DNA of 64,000 bases, taken from assembly GCA_963737065.1 (NCBI GenBank), contig CAVTRC010000001.1:608001-672000 (forward strand), read 5' to 3'. The position numbers and the translations under genes were made by a program. Of the stretch, positions 29,593 to 39,213 are shown one piece after another. This stretch comes from Candidatus Eremiobacteria bacterium (GTDB lineage Bacteria > Vulcanimicrobiota > Vulcanimicrobiia > Vulcanimicrobiales > Vulcanimicrobiaceae). Under the pieces are notes generated by a model. The model ran no database searches. It saw only the letters and a program-made list of their open reading frames with translations, and was not told where the DNA came from. The number at the start of each line of letters is the position of its first letter. Positions within the stretch are counted from its first letter, which is position 1.

Positions 29593-31595
29593 TATGCCTC
29601 TCCTACTCTGCGGGGGCTGAGCAGTTCACTTTTGATCTGTGCTGCAAGCGATGGCGTCATTCCCTTCACCGCGGCGATCTCGTCGATCGAAGCCCGTTTG
29701 ATCGCCGCAACGGAGCCGAATGTCGCGAGCAGACGCTTTCGCCGGACGGGTCCGACACCGGCAAGCGCATCGAGCGCGGAACGCGTCATCGCTTTCGCAC
29801 GCCGCTGGCGGTGATACGTCACCGCGAACCGGTGCGCCTCGTCGCGAATGCGCATGATCAAATGTAAGCCGGCGCTGTTCGGGGGAAGGACGATCGGATC
29901 GGGATTCCCGGGCACGTAGAGCCACTCGTGTTCTTTCGCGAGGCCGGCGATCGGAATGCCCGTCATGTCCATGTCTTCGAGGACCTCGACGACCGCACTC
30001 AATTGCCCCTTGCCGCCGTCGATCAGCAACAAGTCCGGCGTCTTGTTGAACTTTTCTTTTTTGGCGATTTGGCGCTCGGGCGACGTCACTTCCCGATCGG
30101 TTTCGTGACGTAGATAGCGCAATCGCCGGCGCAGCGTCTCCTGCATCATTGCGAAATCGTTTGGCCCGCGATCGTACTGAATTTTGAACTTGCGGTAATC
30201 GCTCTTTTTTGCTCGCCCTTCTACGAAGACGACCATCGATGCGACGGGATTCGTGCCTTGAATGTTCGAGATGTCATAACACTCGATGCGATGCGGAACT
30301 TCGGGAAGTTCCAGGGCGTCGGCGAGTTCGGTGAGCGAATGTGCCTGCGCGCTCTCCTGCACTTCTTGATGCGCGAGAAACGCCTTGAGATTCTGTTCGG
30401 CGTTCTTTTGCACGAGACGCATGAACTCGGCGCGTTCGCCGCGTTGCGGATGCAGAATGCGCACGCGCTGGCCTTTGAGCGCCGACAGCCACGATTCGAG
30501 CAGCGGCAGCTCTTCGCCCGGCATCGTCTGCACGAGCACCTCCTTCGGCACCGCGGCGGCGCTCGTCGATCTGCGCCGCGCGCGCGCTTTTTCAGGCACC
30601 GGCACCACATTGTCGCGTGCGACGCGCGCGGGCAACGCCGAAACACCGTTGCCTTCAGGAGCGCTCGCCGTTCGCGCGGTGTAGAACTGCTTGAGGAATT
30701 CGTCCATCAACACGGCGTCGGTTTGCTCGTACACGCCGTCGAGCACGAAATTCTCTTGCGCGATCAATTTGCCGCCGCGCACCATGAAGACTTGCACGCA
30801 CGCTTGCCCCTGTGCGCGGGCCGTCGCAATCAAGTCCATATCGATGCGCGATCGCCAGACGACTTTCTGGCCTTCCGTGACGCGGCGGACGTGCACGATG
30901 CGATCGCGAAGGCGCGCGGCCGCCTCGAAGTTATACTGTTCCGCCGACTGCTGCATCTCGGTTTGCAGTCGCGCAAGCAGCGAGTCTTGCTTACCTTCTA
31001 AGAACAGGACGACCTCATCGATCATCGCCTCGTACTCGCTTTCGGTCTGATAGCCGACGCACGGTGCGAGACAGCGTTTGATGTGATACTGCAAGCAGGG
31101 GCGCTTACGCCGGCCGTCGATCGGCTCGCGGCACGTGCGTAGGGGAAAGACGAGCCGCACGAGATCGATCAGTTCGCGCAAACCGTGCGCGTTCGTATAC
31201 GGACCGAAGTAGCGCGCGCCGTCATCTTTCACCATGCGCGTGAAGACGACGCGCGGAAACGATTCGTTCGTTACCTTGAGATAGGGATAGCGCTTGTCGT
31301 CGCGCAGACGTACGTTGAACGGCGGCTGATGACGCTTGATCAAGTTCGCTTCCAAAATCAGCGCCTCAACCTCATTCGTGACAACGATGGTTCGGACGTC
31401 CGCGACACGTTCGACCATTGCTTGCGTCCGAATATGGTGGCTCGCCGAGTCCTGGAAGTACGAACGCACGCGGTTACGTAGCGACACCGCCTTCCCAATG
31501 TAAAGAATATCGCCGCTTACGCCTATCATTTGATAGACGCCGGGTGCATCAGGAACCTGGGCGAGACGCTGCTCGAGCGTGGTCGTTACCTGCAT
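29592..31595 (-). CDS. uvrC: Excinuclease ABC subunit C
   Basis: PGVY/YIGKAVSLRNRVRSYF GIY-YIG, IECYDIS, PDLLLIDGGKGQL, IRDEAHRFA, HhH C-terminus. Confidence 0.97.
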   Translation of the reverse strand: MQVTTTLEQRLAQVPDAPGVYQMIGVSGDILYIGKAVSLRNRVRSYFQDSASHHIRTQAMVERVADVRTIVVTNEVEALILEANLIKRHQPPFNVRLRDDKRYPYLKVTNESFPRVVFTRMVKDDGARYFGPYTNAHGLRELIDLVRLVFPLRTCREPIDGRRKRPCLQYHIKRCLAPCVGYQTESEYEAMIDEVVLFLEGKQDSLLARLQTEMQQSAEQYNFEAAARLRDRIVHVRRVTEGQKVVWRSRIDMDLIATARAQGQACVQVFMVRGGKLIAQENFVLDGVYEQTDAVLMDEFLKQFYTARTASAPEGNGVSALPARVARDNVVPVPEKARARRRSTSAAAVPKEVLVQTMPGEELPLLESWLSALKGQRVRILHPQRGERAEFMRLVQKNAEQNLKAFLAHQEVQESAQAHSLTELADALELPEVPHRIECYDISNIQGTNPVASMVVFVEGRAKKSDYRKFKIQYDRGPNDFAMMQETLRRRLRYLRHETDREVTSPERQIAKKEKFNKTPDLLLIDGGKGQLSAVVEVLEDMDMTGIPIAGLAKEHEWLYVPGNPDPIVLPPNSAGLHLIMRIRDEAHRFAVTYHRQRRAKAMTRSALDALAGVGPVRRKRLLATFGSVAAIKRASIDEIAAVKGMTPSLAAQIKSELLSPRRVGEA

Positions 31596-31695
31596 GATCG
31601 TGTTCTGGTAAATTTGTTCGAGGCCGGGGCCGCTTTCGCTTTGAAGTCTGAGAGACGGGGGCCAAGCCGATCGGCTCGAAAGGCCCTTCTATGAA

Positions 31696-32310
31696 ATGCG
31701 GCATGCGCTAACGGAGGACGTCTTGCGTCGTACATCAGGGTTTCTCGCGCTTGTTCTCGCGTGCACGATCTCCGCGTCGCCGGCAAGCACCGATCTTCTG
31801 CAAGCCGCGCTCGATCCGAACCCGTCGCTCAATGCGTACACGGCCACGGCGGAACTCGACGTTACGTTACACGCCGGACTGCCCGTGCGAAAAAGATTTA
31901 CCGGTACAATGTACTACAACCGGCCGACGGAGCGGCTCGTTCTCGACAACGCGAAGGGAGCGCTAAGCAAATACAAGGACATGCGCACGACGCTGCCGTC
32001 AAAGGATGAGATGTTGCGCGATTATACGTTACTCTCCACCGGCGACGACGGCGCGGTATCGCGATTCGTATTCTCGCCAAAGGCGCCGAACGGCCGCGTT
32101 CAATCCGTTTCCATTGCGGTAACGGATGCAACGCGATTGATCCACGATGCGCGCTGGAAATACGCGAACGGCAGTTCGCTCGTGATTACGCCACAGTTCG
32201 AAAACGTCCGCGGGTATCATCTCGCTCTGCGCGAGGATATCGCAGCGCGATTTCCCGGCTACAGCGTCGACGCAACGCTTAACTTATCGAACTACACGTT
32301 TGCGCGGTAA
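31696..32310 (+). CDS. Hypothetical exported protein (possibly LolA-like fold)
   Basis: Signal-peptide-like N-terminus and beta-rich body; start uncertain. Confidence 0.55.
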   Translation: MRHALTEDVLRRTSGFLALVLACTISASPASTDLLQAALDPNPSLNAYTATAELDVTLHAGLPVRKRFTGTMYYNRPTERLVLDNAKGALSKYKDMRTTLPSKDEMLRDYTLLSTGDDGAVSRFVFSPKAPNGRVQSVSIAVTDATRLIHDARWKYANGSSLVITPQFENVRGYHLALREDIAARFPGYSVDATLNLSNYTFAR

Positions 32311-32329
32311 TCTTCGTGCGAATCGGACA

Positions 32330-32944
32330 CTATGCTTGACGGCGTTCGGCGCGCTTGCGCAGTACGAGCCACAGCGCAACCATGACGAGCACGGCGCCGG
32401 CGGCGACGAACAGGCCGCCTTTGTGCAACAGCGGTGTAAGCGAGTCGATATGATCGCCGGCTTCGAATCCGACCAGCACGAGCAAACCGCAGAAACCGAG
32501 TGAACCGAGCGCATACCATAAATAGAACTGCGCGAGGTTCATTTCCGCGAGACCGGCCGGAATGGAAACGACCCCGCGAATGAACGGAACGAACCGGCAA
32601 ATGAAGATCGCGAAGCTGCCGTAACGTTCGAAGAATCCGTGTACCCGATTCAAATTCTCGTGTGTGAGGTGCACGAATCTGCCATACTTATCGATCAGCG
32701 GTCGCCCCCCGAAACGCCCGATTAGGTAACCGGCCGTTGCGCCTGCGAGTTCTCCGATCACCGTGATGACGATCGTGAGCCAAAGACTTGCGAGGTGACC
32801 CGTGGCCGTGAGCGCCCCGGAGAGCGGCAACACGACTTCGCTGCCGATTGGCGCGCCGATGTTTCCGAGCGCCATGACGATGAAGAGGCCGCCGTATCCA
32901 TAATGATCCACGAGCGAGACAATGACATCCTGGAGATGCGCCAA
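32330..32944 (-). CDS. DedA family membrane protein
   Basis: PIGSEVVLPLSG, GYLIGRFGGR, FFERYG, RFVPFIR...SIPAG. Confidence 0.92.
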   Translation of the reverse strand: MAHLQDVIVSLVDHYGYGGLFIVMALGNIGAPIGSEVVLPLSGALTATGHLASLWLTIVITVIGELAGATAGYLIGRFGGRPLIDKYGRFVHLTHENLNRVHGFFERYGSFAIFICRFVPFIRGVVSIPAGLAEMNLAQFYLWYALGSLGFCGLLVLVGFEAGDHIDSLTPLLHKGGLFVAAGAVLVMVALWLVLRKRAERRQA

Positions 32945-32947
32945 GGG

Positions 32948-33346
32948 TTACTCCGCCGGGGTTGCCGACTGCGCGGCACGCCGCAAAACTTCCGCCGCTA
33001 AACTTCCGCCTTCGGCCCGCAATGCGACGAGAAGGTCTGCCGGTTCCACGGGCCGCTCACCGGCGTGCTCTTCGGCGAGTGCGACGATTTTACGGACGCG
33101 CGGCGTGACGAGAATCCCTTCCCACAATCGGTCTTCCGCGGCGCCGAGCGCGCGGCGAATTTCCGCGTGCAGTTCCCGAATATCGATGCCCGACGTTTTC
33201 AAGTCTTCGAAAATTTGCGCGTCGCGTTCTTCGAGCAGCGCGAGCATCAGGTGCTCGGCACCAACGTAGTACTGATTGTGGTTACGGCACTCTTGCTCTG
33301 CTGCACGCAGCACGCGCTTCGACGCCGGACTAAATCTCGCGAACAC
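32948..33346 (-). CDS. Stand-alone Clp protease N-terminal (ClpN repeat) domain protein
   Basis: MFARFSPASKRVLRAAEQE...YVGAEHLMLALL...TPRVRKIVALA; no AAA domain. Confidence 0.85.
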   Translation of the reverse strand: MFARFSPASKRVLRAAEQECRNHNQYYVGAEHLMLALLEERDAQIFEDLKTSGIDIRELHAEIRRALGAAEDRLWEGILVTPRVRKIVALAEEHAGERPVEPADLLVALRAEGGSLAAEVLRRAAQSATPAE

Positions 33347-33429
33347 GATCCCTTAACAATCAGATGGGGCTCGCGACGGGTCTCCGTCGCAAGCCCCAGT
33401 GGTTCGGCTAGCAAACCCTGTTGAAACTA

Positions 33430-33503
33430 TCGGGGCGACTGGATTCGAACCAGCGACCTCTTCGTCCCGAACGAAGCGCTCTACCAAGCTGAGCCACGCC
33501 CCG
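33430..33503 (-). tRNA. tRNA-Pro (CGG), CCA not encoded
   Basis: CGGGGCGTGGCTCAGCTTGGTAGAGCG-CTTCG-TTCGGGA-CGAAG-AGGTCGCTGGTTCGAATCCAGTCGCCCCGA cloverleaf. Confidence 0.96.
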
Positions 33504-33606
33504 GCAAAACTCCCGTTAATTCTGATCTTCAGGGGCTCCTCCTTCAGTAGTCTCATGGAATTCACAGGGGAGCTACAGGACGCGCAAAGAACGCTACTCC
33601 TCGCTC

Positions 33607-34278
33607 ATGAGATACCTTATCGTCGGGTGCGGTCGCGTCGGCTCCGCGCTCGCGAAGTTACTCGACGCAGACGGTCATGAAGTGATCGTCGTCGATGAGA
33701 ATCCAGCCGCTTTCAAGCGCTTGGGCGCAAAATTCAAAGGTCACGTCGTCGTCGGTACCGGTATCGACTATGACCTTCTCAAACGATCGGGCGCTCAAAG
33801 CTCCGACGGCTTCGTTGCGGTTACCGACGGCGACAACCGCAACATCATGGCCGCGCTGATCGCACAGCGCATGTTCAAAATTCCACGCGTCGTCTGTCGG
33901 ATCTACGATCCGCCACGCGGACAAATGTATCGTGAACTCGGCGTGCAAACGGTCGTGCCGACGACCGTCGGTGCAAAGCTAATTCGCGACACGTTAATGG
34001 AAGCGCCGTGGGATCCCATGCATTCGTTTGATTTCGGAAAACTCACGTCGCTATCAGCGGTGATCGGTAACCCGCACGCCGGAGCACGCGTCGCGGATCT
34101 CGAGCGAGAGGGGCTCGTGCGAATCGGTGCCGTTCGCCGCGGCACCTCCGTGTTCGTCGCTTGCAACGATACGCTTCTTGAAGAAGGCGACGAGATCAAC
34201 GCGATCGTCGCGCCCGAAGCGATCAGCGAATTCGCAAAGATGTTCCACGGCGCAACACCGGAAGCAAAAACGGCATAA
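33607..34278 (+). CDS. TrkA/KtrA family potassium uptake regulatory (RCK) protein
   Basis: IVGCGRVG Rossmann motif, AVTDGDNRNI, TrkA_C-like tail. Confidence 0.9.
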   Translation: MRYLIVGCGRVGSALAKLLDADGHEVIVVDENPAAFKRLGAKFKGHVVVGTGIDYDLLKRSGAQSSDGFVAVTDGDNRNIMAALIAQRMFKIPRVVCRIYDPPRGQMYRELGVQTVVPTTVGAKLIRDTLMEAPWDPMHSFDFGKLTSLSAVIGNPHAGARVADLEREGLVRIGAVRRGTSVFVACNDTLLEEGDEINAIVAPEAISEFAKMFHGATPEAKTA

Positions 34279-34288
34279 GAACGCAAAC

Positions 34289-34984
34289 ATGTTTATCATC
34301 ATCGTCGGCGGCGGAAAAGTCGGTTCCTACTTGACGCGCGCGCTGCTGAATCAGAATCACGAAGTCGTCGTCGTCGAAAAGAACGATAAAAAAGCCAAAC
34401 AACTCGACACGCTTATCGACCGTCAAGTAACAATGGCAGGCGACGGCTGCGATCCGTTCGTCCTGGAGGCCGCCGGCGTCGCGCGCGCGGACGTTGTCGT
34501 GGCTGATACCGGAGACGATGAAGACAATCTCGTCGTAGTGCTGCTCACGAAGAAAAAATCGAAAGCGCGTTGCATCGCCCGCGTGAACAACCCGCGCAAT
34601 AGACAAATTTTTGATTCCCTCGACCCCGAAGACCCCGTCACGGTCATCTCATCCACCGAGATCATCCTTGACGTCCTGAACGAGCACGTCAACGCCGCGA
34701 GCTACTCGGCAGCCCTCGAAACGATGCATCTCTTCGGACGCGGAAATTTGAGCCTAGTTCGGATAAGTGTACCCGAGGGTTCACCCGCCGCCGGACGCAC
34801 AATCTCCGAAATCGCACTTCCGCGCAATAGCGTGCTCGTCGCAATCGAACGCGAGCAGGTGGAAGACATGCTAATCCCAACCGGCGACACGCAACTACAG
34901 CCCCGCGATCGCATCGTGGCCGTCGTGAAGAACGGCGCCGGCGAAAAGCTGCAAGCGATCTTCGCGGACGGCAAACGCCGCTGA
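34289..34984 (+). CDS. TrkA/KtrA family potassium uptake regulatory (RCK) protein, second copy
   Basis: IIVGGGKVG, TGDDEDNLV, IARVNNPRN, IPTGDT. Confidence 0.9.
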   Translation: MFIIIVGGGKVGSYLTRALLNQNHEVVVVEKNDKKAKQLDTLIDRQVTMAGDGCDPFVLEAAGVARADVVVADTGDDEDNLVVVLLTKKKSKARCIARVNNPRNRQIFDSLDPEDPVTVISSTEIILDVLNEHVNAASYSAALETMHLFGRGNLSLVRISVPEGSPAAGRTISEIALPRNSVLVAIEREQVEDMLIPTGDTQLQPRDRIVAVVKNGAGEKLQAIFADGKRR

Positions 34985-35004
34985 CGTTGCGCGACAACGG
35001 AAGG

Positions 35005-35850
35005 ATGCACTTCGGCACGTTTGCGGCTGCGATCGTGCTGTATTGTTGTGCCGGCGCCGTACCGGCGATCGCTCAAACACCCCCCTCACCGTCGCCCGCA
35101 GCTACTACGACGCCGGTGCCCGACCCGTGCGGCTCAATCATCTCAATTGTCACCCGTCCATCGGTGTCGACGAGCGTCTGTACCGTACGTGAGGGACACG
35201 CCGACGTCGAAAACGGCTATACGAATAGCACGACGACGGGCTCCGGTGGCGGCAGCACGATAAGTTACCCGCAGTCGCTCGTCCGCGTGGGCGTCGGCCC
35301 ACACATGGAAATATCGTTTTCGCCGCCATCGTTCAACCGTACGTCGGTCGGCGGCGCGATCGCGTCCGGATCGAGCGATATGAGCGGCGGCGTCAAGTGG
35401 GAGCTCGGATACAACGCGAAGGCATCCTGGGGTGCTAACGTGCAGGTCTCCGCGCCGACAGGCGATCCCGCGTTTACCGCGGGCGCGACACAATACACCG
35501 GAAACGTGAATTGGTCGTATACGCTGAGCCCGGTATGGAGCGCGAGCGGTACGCTCGGTTTTAACTCTTTGTCAGCCCTCAATGCCGGCGGACGATACCA
35601 AAGCTACGGCGTGTTCATACCGTCCATAGTTCTCACGCTGTCCTTGCCCGCCGGGTCTGCCGCCTTCGGAGAATACGCATACTTCAGCCACGCAGGCCCT
35701 GGACTCGCGGCACGCAGCGTGATCGACTTTGGCTACGTGCACGATCTCGGGTCGCACGTCCAACTTGATGTGGAGTACGGTTTTCAGCCCACACTCATCA
35801 ACGGTCAAAGGTCACACTACGTCGGAGCCGGCGTGTCGTTCATGAACTAA
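35005..35850 (+). CDS. Exported protein, putative outer-membrane beta-barrel (MetA-pathway/transporter-like)
   Basis: Signal peptide, RPS...TV..G...E.GY N-terminal motif, alternating beta-strands, C-terminal GAGVSF. Confidence 0.6.
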   Translation: MHFGTFAAAIVLYCCAGAVPAIAQTPPSPSPAATTTPVPDPCGSIISIVTRPSVSTSVCTVREGHADVENGYTNSTTTGSGGGSTISYPQSLVRVGVGPHMEISFSPPSFNRTSVGGAIASGSSDMSGGVKWELGYNAKASWGANVQVSAPTGDPAFTAGATQYTGNVNWSYTLSPVWSASGTLGFNSLSALNAGGRYQSYGVFIPSIVLTLSLPAGSAAFGEYAYFSHAGPGLAARSVIDFGYVHDLGSHVQLDVEYGFQPTLINGQRSHYVGAGVSFMN

Positions 35851-36952
35851 TACTCCTGCGTGCCCGCACGCGCCCGGCGCGCGAAACGACCGCCGGTACG
35901 GTCAGCGTACTCGAGATAATCGTCACAATCGCGACGGTGAAGCTCGCGATAACGATCGCTTCGCGGTCGGGGACATCGAGCGGTAGCGCGATCGCAAGTG
36001 CGAGCGAGAGCGCCCCGCGCAATCCCGCGACGCGAACGACGGCGAGCCACTGCCGAGGAAAGCGGGCAGGCAGCAAGAGCACGGAGATCGCTGCACGAGC
36101 GATTGCTACGCCGGCCAGTGCGGCGATAACGAACGTAATGCTGCCGGCAATTCGCGCCACCGAAAGCGCCGCTCCGATGAGAAAAAAAACGACGACATTG
36201 GCGATCAGCGCGGCGACGTCCCAAAACCGGTCAACATCGTCAGCGAGCGCTACGGTAACCCACCTCCGCTCGAAGTAGCGCAGCGCGATGCCGCACGAAA
36301 TAACGGCAAAGATGCCCGAGATGTGAACCAACTCGCCGGCAAAGTACGTCCCGTACGTGCAAACGACCGTCGTGAGAATTTGAAGGATCGCGCTATTTCG
36401 ATTTCGCAGCGTTCGTGCCGCCAAAAAGGCGACGCTTATCCCGAATGCGATTCCGGCAAGGGAACCAACAAGTGCAGACAACGAGGTAAACGCGACGTGC
36501 CCAGGCGTTAGGTTTGCGCTCATCACGATGGCGAGAACCGCCCGATACAGCACAACGGCGACTGCATCGTTGAAGAGCGATTCGCATTCCACGATCGTGC
36601 GAAGCGTACGTGGTACCGGCAATCGCCGGAAGACGGCGACGACCGCGATCGGGTCCGTTGCACTCAAGATCGCACCCGCGAGGAGTGCGGCTGGGAACGG
36701 CGCGCCGGCGATCGACAATGCCGCGGCAATAATGAGCGCCGTGAGTGCGACCCCGGGGACAACCAGAATAAAAATCGCGCGCCATTGACGCCGCATTGCA
36801 CGATAATCGAGATTCCATGCGGCCTCGAAGAGGAGCGCGGGTAATAGCGCGTAGAGCGTGATTGAACGAAAGGCGTCCGTCAGTTGTCCGGGCGCGAAGA
36901 CTCCGTACGCGACGCCGGCCGCCGTGACCGCCGCAATCTGCCACAGCTTCAA
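35840..36952 (-). CDS. CPA1 family Na+/H+ antiporter
   Basis: LPALLFEAA, GAILSATDPIAV, ESLFNDAVAVV, GLRGALSLALA. TTG start overlaps the radical SAM stop. Confidence 0.9.
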   Translation of the reverse strand: MKLWQIAAVTAAGVAYGVFAPGQLTDAFRSITLYALLPALLFEAAWNLDYRAMRRQWRAIFILVVPGVALTALIIAAALSIAGAPFPAALLAGAILSATDPIAVVAVFRRLPVPRTLRTIVECESLFNDAVAVVLYRAVLAIVMSANLTPGHVAFTSLSALVGSLAGIAFGISVAFLAARTLRNRNSAILQILTTVVCTYGTYFAGELVHISGIFAVISCGIALRYFERRWVTVALADDVDRFWDVAALIANVVVFFLIGAALSVARIAGSITFVIAALAGVAIARAAISVLLLPARFPRQWLAVVRVAGLRGALSLALAIALPLDVPDREAIVIASFTVAIVTIISSTLTVPAVVSRAGRVRARRSISS

Positions 36953-38157
36953 TGCGTGTGCGTGAAGTTTCCGATGCCGATGCCGCACGCGGCGATCGCG
37001 TCGATTGCCGCGCGCATTCCCGTAACGCGGCGCGGGCGCCGGACGGCGCTGAAGTACCAGTCGGGATCGATATTCAGCGTTCGCGTTTGAACCATCGCTA
37101 CGCGCACATCGCGAAGGAATGAAGTCATCGCCGAAACTTCCTCTTCCTCGTCGGTGATTCCGGGGTGCGTAAGCAGGTTCAAGCTCACGCGCAATCCGCG
37201 CGATACCGCGAGGCGGATCGAATCGAGCACGTCGTGTAATCCGTATCCGATAGGACGATAGTATGCCTTGTAGACGCGGGGACGAAAGGAGTTGAGGCTG
37301 ATTCGAACCGCCTGGAGTCCTGCATCGATACAACGTTCAAGCGCGGACGGCATGCTGCCGTTGGTATTGAGATTGATCGTTCCATTTCTGCGCGCGTCGC
37401 GGATGTTTTCGATCGCGCGCGCGATCGTTAACGAGCGCAAGAGCGGTTCGCCTTCGCAGCCCTGACCGAACGAGACGATTCCGTGCTCGACGCGTTCCAA
37501 ATGGTGGATCGCGACGCGCGCGAGTTCATCGGCCGTCGTTTCGTACGTGATGCGTGATTGGGGCGACTCCAAGCCCGCTTCCGGTTCCTGCTCGGAAATG
37601 CAGCCGACGCAACGCGCATTGCACTTCGGGGATACGGGAAGTGCCGCTTCACCGCGTTCGAGAAACACGTTCTGCGCCGTGAAGCATCCGTACTCACGCG
37701 AACACAGCGCGACTTGGGCGAGCGCGCGGTTTCCCGGGTCGCGAGCGATGCGCTCGTGAAGGAGCCGCTCGAGTTGACCTTGCGCAAAATACCGCGGCTG
37801 CCAATCCTCGCTCTCGTCGGTCTGCATCGCGGCGACGTAGAGCGCGTCATCAACGACGCATGCGAACGTGTACCCGAAGAGCGGCAGCGTCGGCGCAGTC
37901 TCTTCTTTTGCGTACGCTGGAACGAGTAGACGCGTGTAACCTGCGGGAAGAATTGCGGCGACGGCATACTCGTCGGCGGATCCGCCGTGCACCGTTAGCA
38001 CGCGACGCCCGGGCAACATCATTTCGACCGTTCCCGGCGGCGCGGGGATCAGTTCGTCGCGCCGCGGCTCGCGAACGATTCCTCCGTCGGCAAGCGGCGT
38101 TCGCGTGTCATCGTAGTAGATGCGCCCTTCACGGTCGCAATACGCAAGGCCGATCAT
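36949..38157 (-). CDS. Radical SAM protein of unknown function
   Basis: CNARCVGC (CxxxCxxC), SFGQGCEGEP, NLNTNG, RISLNS. Confidence 0.88.
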   Translation of the reverse strand: MIGLAYCDREGRIYYDDTRTPLADGGIVREPRRDELIPAPPGTVEMMLPGRRVLTVHGGSADEYAVAAILPAGYTRLLVPAYAKEETAPTLPLFGYTFACVVDDALYVAAMQTDESEDWQPRYFAQGQLERLLHERIARDPGNRALAQVALCSREYGCFTAQNVFLERGEAALPVSPKCNARCVGCISEQEPEAGLESPQSRITYETTADELARVAIHHLERVEHGIVSFGQGCEGEPLLRSLTIARAIENIRDARRNGTINLNTNGSMPSALERCIDAGLQAVRISLNSFRPRVYKAYYRPIGYGLHDVLDSIRLAVSRGLRVSLNLLTHPGITDEEEEVSAMTSFLRDVRVAMVQTRTLNIDPDWYFSAVRRPRRVTGMRAAIDAIAACGIGIGNFTHTH

Positions 38158-38160
38158 CGC

Positions 38161-38958
38161 TCACACGCGGTCGGTGACGCGCACGGTGATCGTCGTGTCG
38201 AAAACGTGCTCGGCAGGCCCCGTCATAAACGCACGTCCCGCCGCATCGATTGCGACGAGCAAATCGCCGCCCGGCACATGGATCGCGACCGGCGAAACGA
38301 CGCCTCCGCGCGCGATACCGGCCGCCGCGCATGCCACCGCGCCCGTTCCACAAGCCAGCGTGAATCCCGCACCGCGCTCGTAATGGCGCACCCGCATCGC
38401 GTGCCGGTCGTCGATCACCGCGACATGAATGTTTGTGCCGGCGGAAAACACCGCGTCGCGCTGGAGGTCTTCACCCAAAGCGACGAGATCAGCATCGTCA
38501 AGCGATGAACGAAAGAGCACGACGTGCGGGTTACCAACATCGACGGCGACCGCATCACCGATCGGAACTGCGACATCGAGCAGACGCGGGGCGCCGATTT
38601 CGACACGCACGCGATAAATTTCGCCGCGATCGATCACCGACGTGTGAATCGGTCCCGCCGCTGTTTCAATGACCAAACTGGCGCCTTCGCCCCGTTCGTC
38701 GAGATAGCGCGCGACGCAGCGAACGCCGTTGCCGCACATTTCCGCTTCACTCCCATCCGCGTTGATGACGCGCATCGACGCGCTCGCGCTCGATGAATCG
38801 CCGATGACCAGTAGGCCGTCGGCACCGATACCCGTGTGGCGATCGCAGAGACGGCGCGCGAGCGCGGCAAAATCGTCAAAAGAGAGTGCTCGCGCATCCA
38901 AGACGATGAAGTCGTTGCGCGCGCCGTGCATTTTCGTCACGGCAACGCGTTGGTTCAC
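38161..38958 (-). CDS. dapF: Diaminopimelate epimerase
   Basis: KMHGARNDF, GADG, NADGSEAEMCGNGVRC, VGNPH, ERGAGFTLACGTGA. Confidence 0.96.
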   Translation of the reverse strand: MNQRVAVTKMHGARNDFIVLDARALSFDDFAALARRLCDRHTGIGADGLLVIGDSSSASASMRVINADGSEAEMCGNGVRCVARYLDERGEGASLVIETAAGPIHTSVIDRGEIYRVRVEIGAPRLLDVAVPIGDAVAVDVGNPHVVLFRSSLDDADLVALGEDLQRDAVFSAGTNIHVAVIDDRHAMRVRHYERGAGFTLACGTGAVACAAAGIARGGVVSPVAIHVPGGDLLVAIDAAGRAFMTGPAEHVFDTTITVRVTDRV

Positions 38959-39203
38959 GACGAAACGCCGCTCTCCACGACCGGCGGTTCCGGCGCGACC
39001 GCCACGGCAGCCGATGGCGAAATCGTGGAAATTGCGTGCTTGTAGATCAAGTGCGTTTTCCGCTCGTATTCGAGCAGCACCGTGAATGGATCGAAGCCCT
39101 TCACCGTCCCGCGCAATTGAAAGCCGTTCATCAGGTACACCGTAACCTGCGTGCCGGCGCGTCTGCATTCGGCGAGAAACGTGTCCTGAAGGCTGATCGC
39201 CAT
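38955..39203 (-). CDS. hfq: RNA chaperone Hfq
   Basis: LQDTFL...VTVYLMNGFQLRG.VKGFD.F...LIYKHAISTI; downstream of miaA. Confidence 0.96.
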   Translation of the reverse strand: MAISLQDTFLAECRRAGTQVTVYLMNGFQLRGTVKGFDPFTVLLEYERKTHLIYKHAISTISPSAAVAVAPEPPVVESGVSS

Positions 39204-39213
39204 ACGGGTCCGT

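Noticed and set aside
33353..33680. ORFs 33353-33565 and 33399-33680
   Set aside because: Translations across tRNA-Pro.
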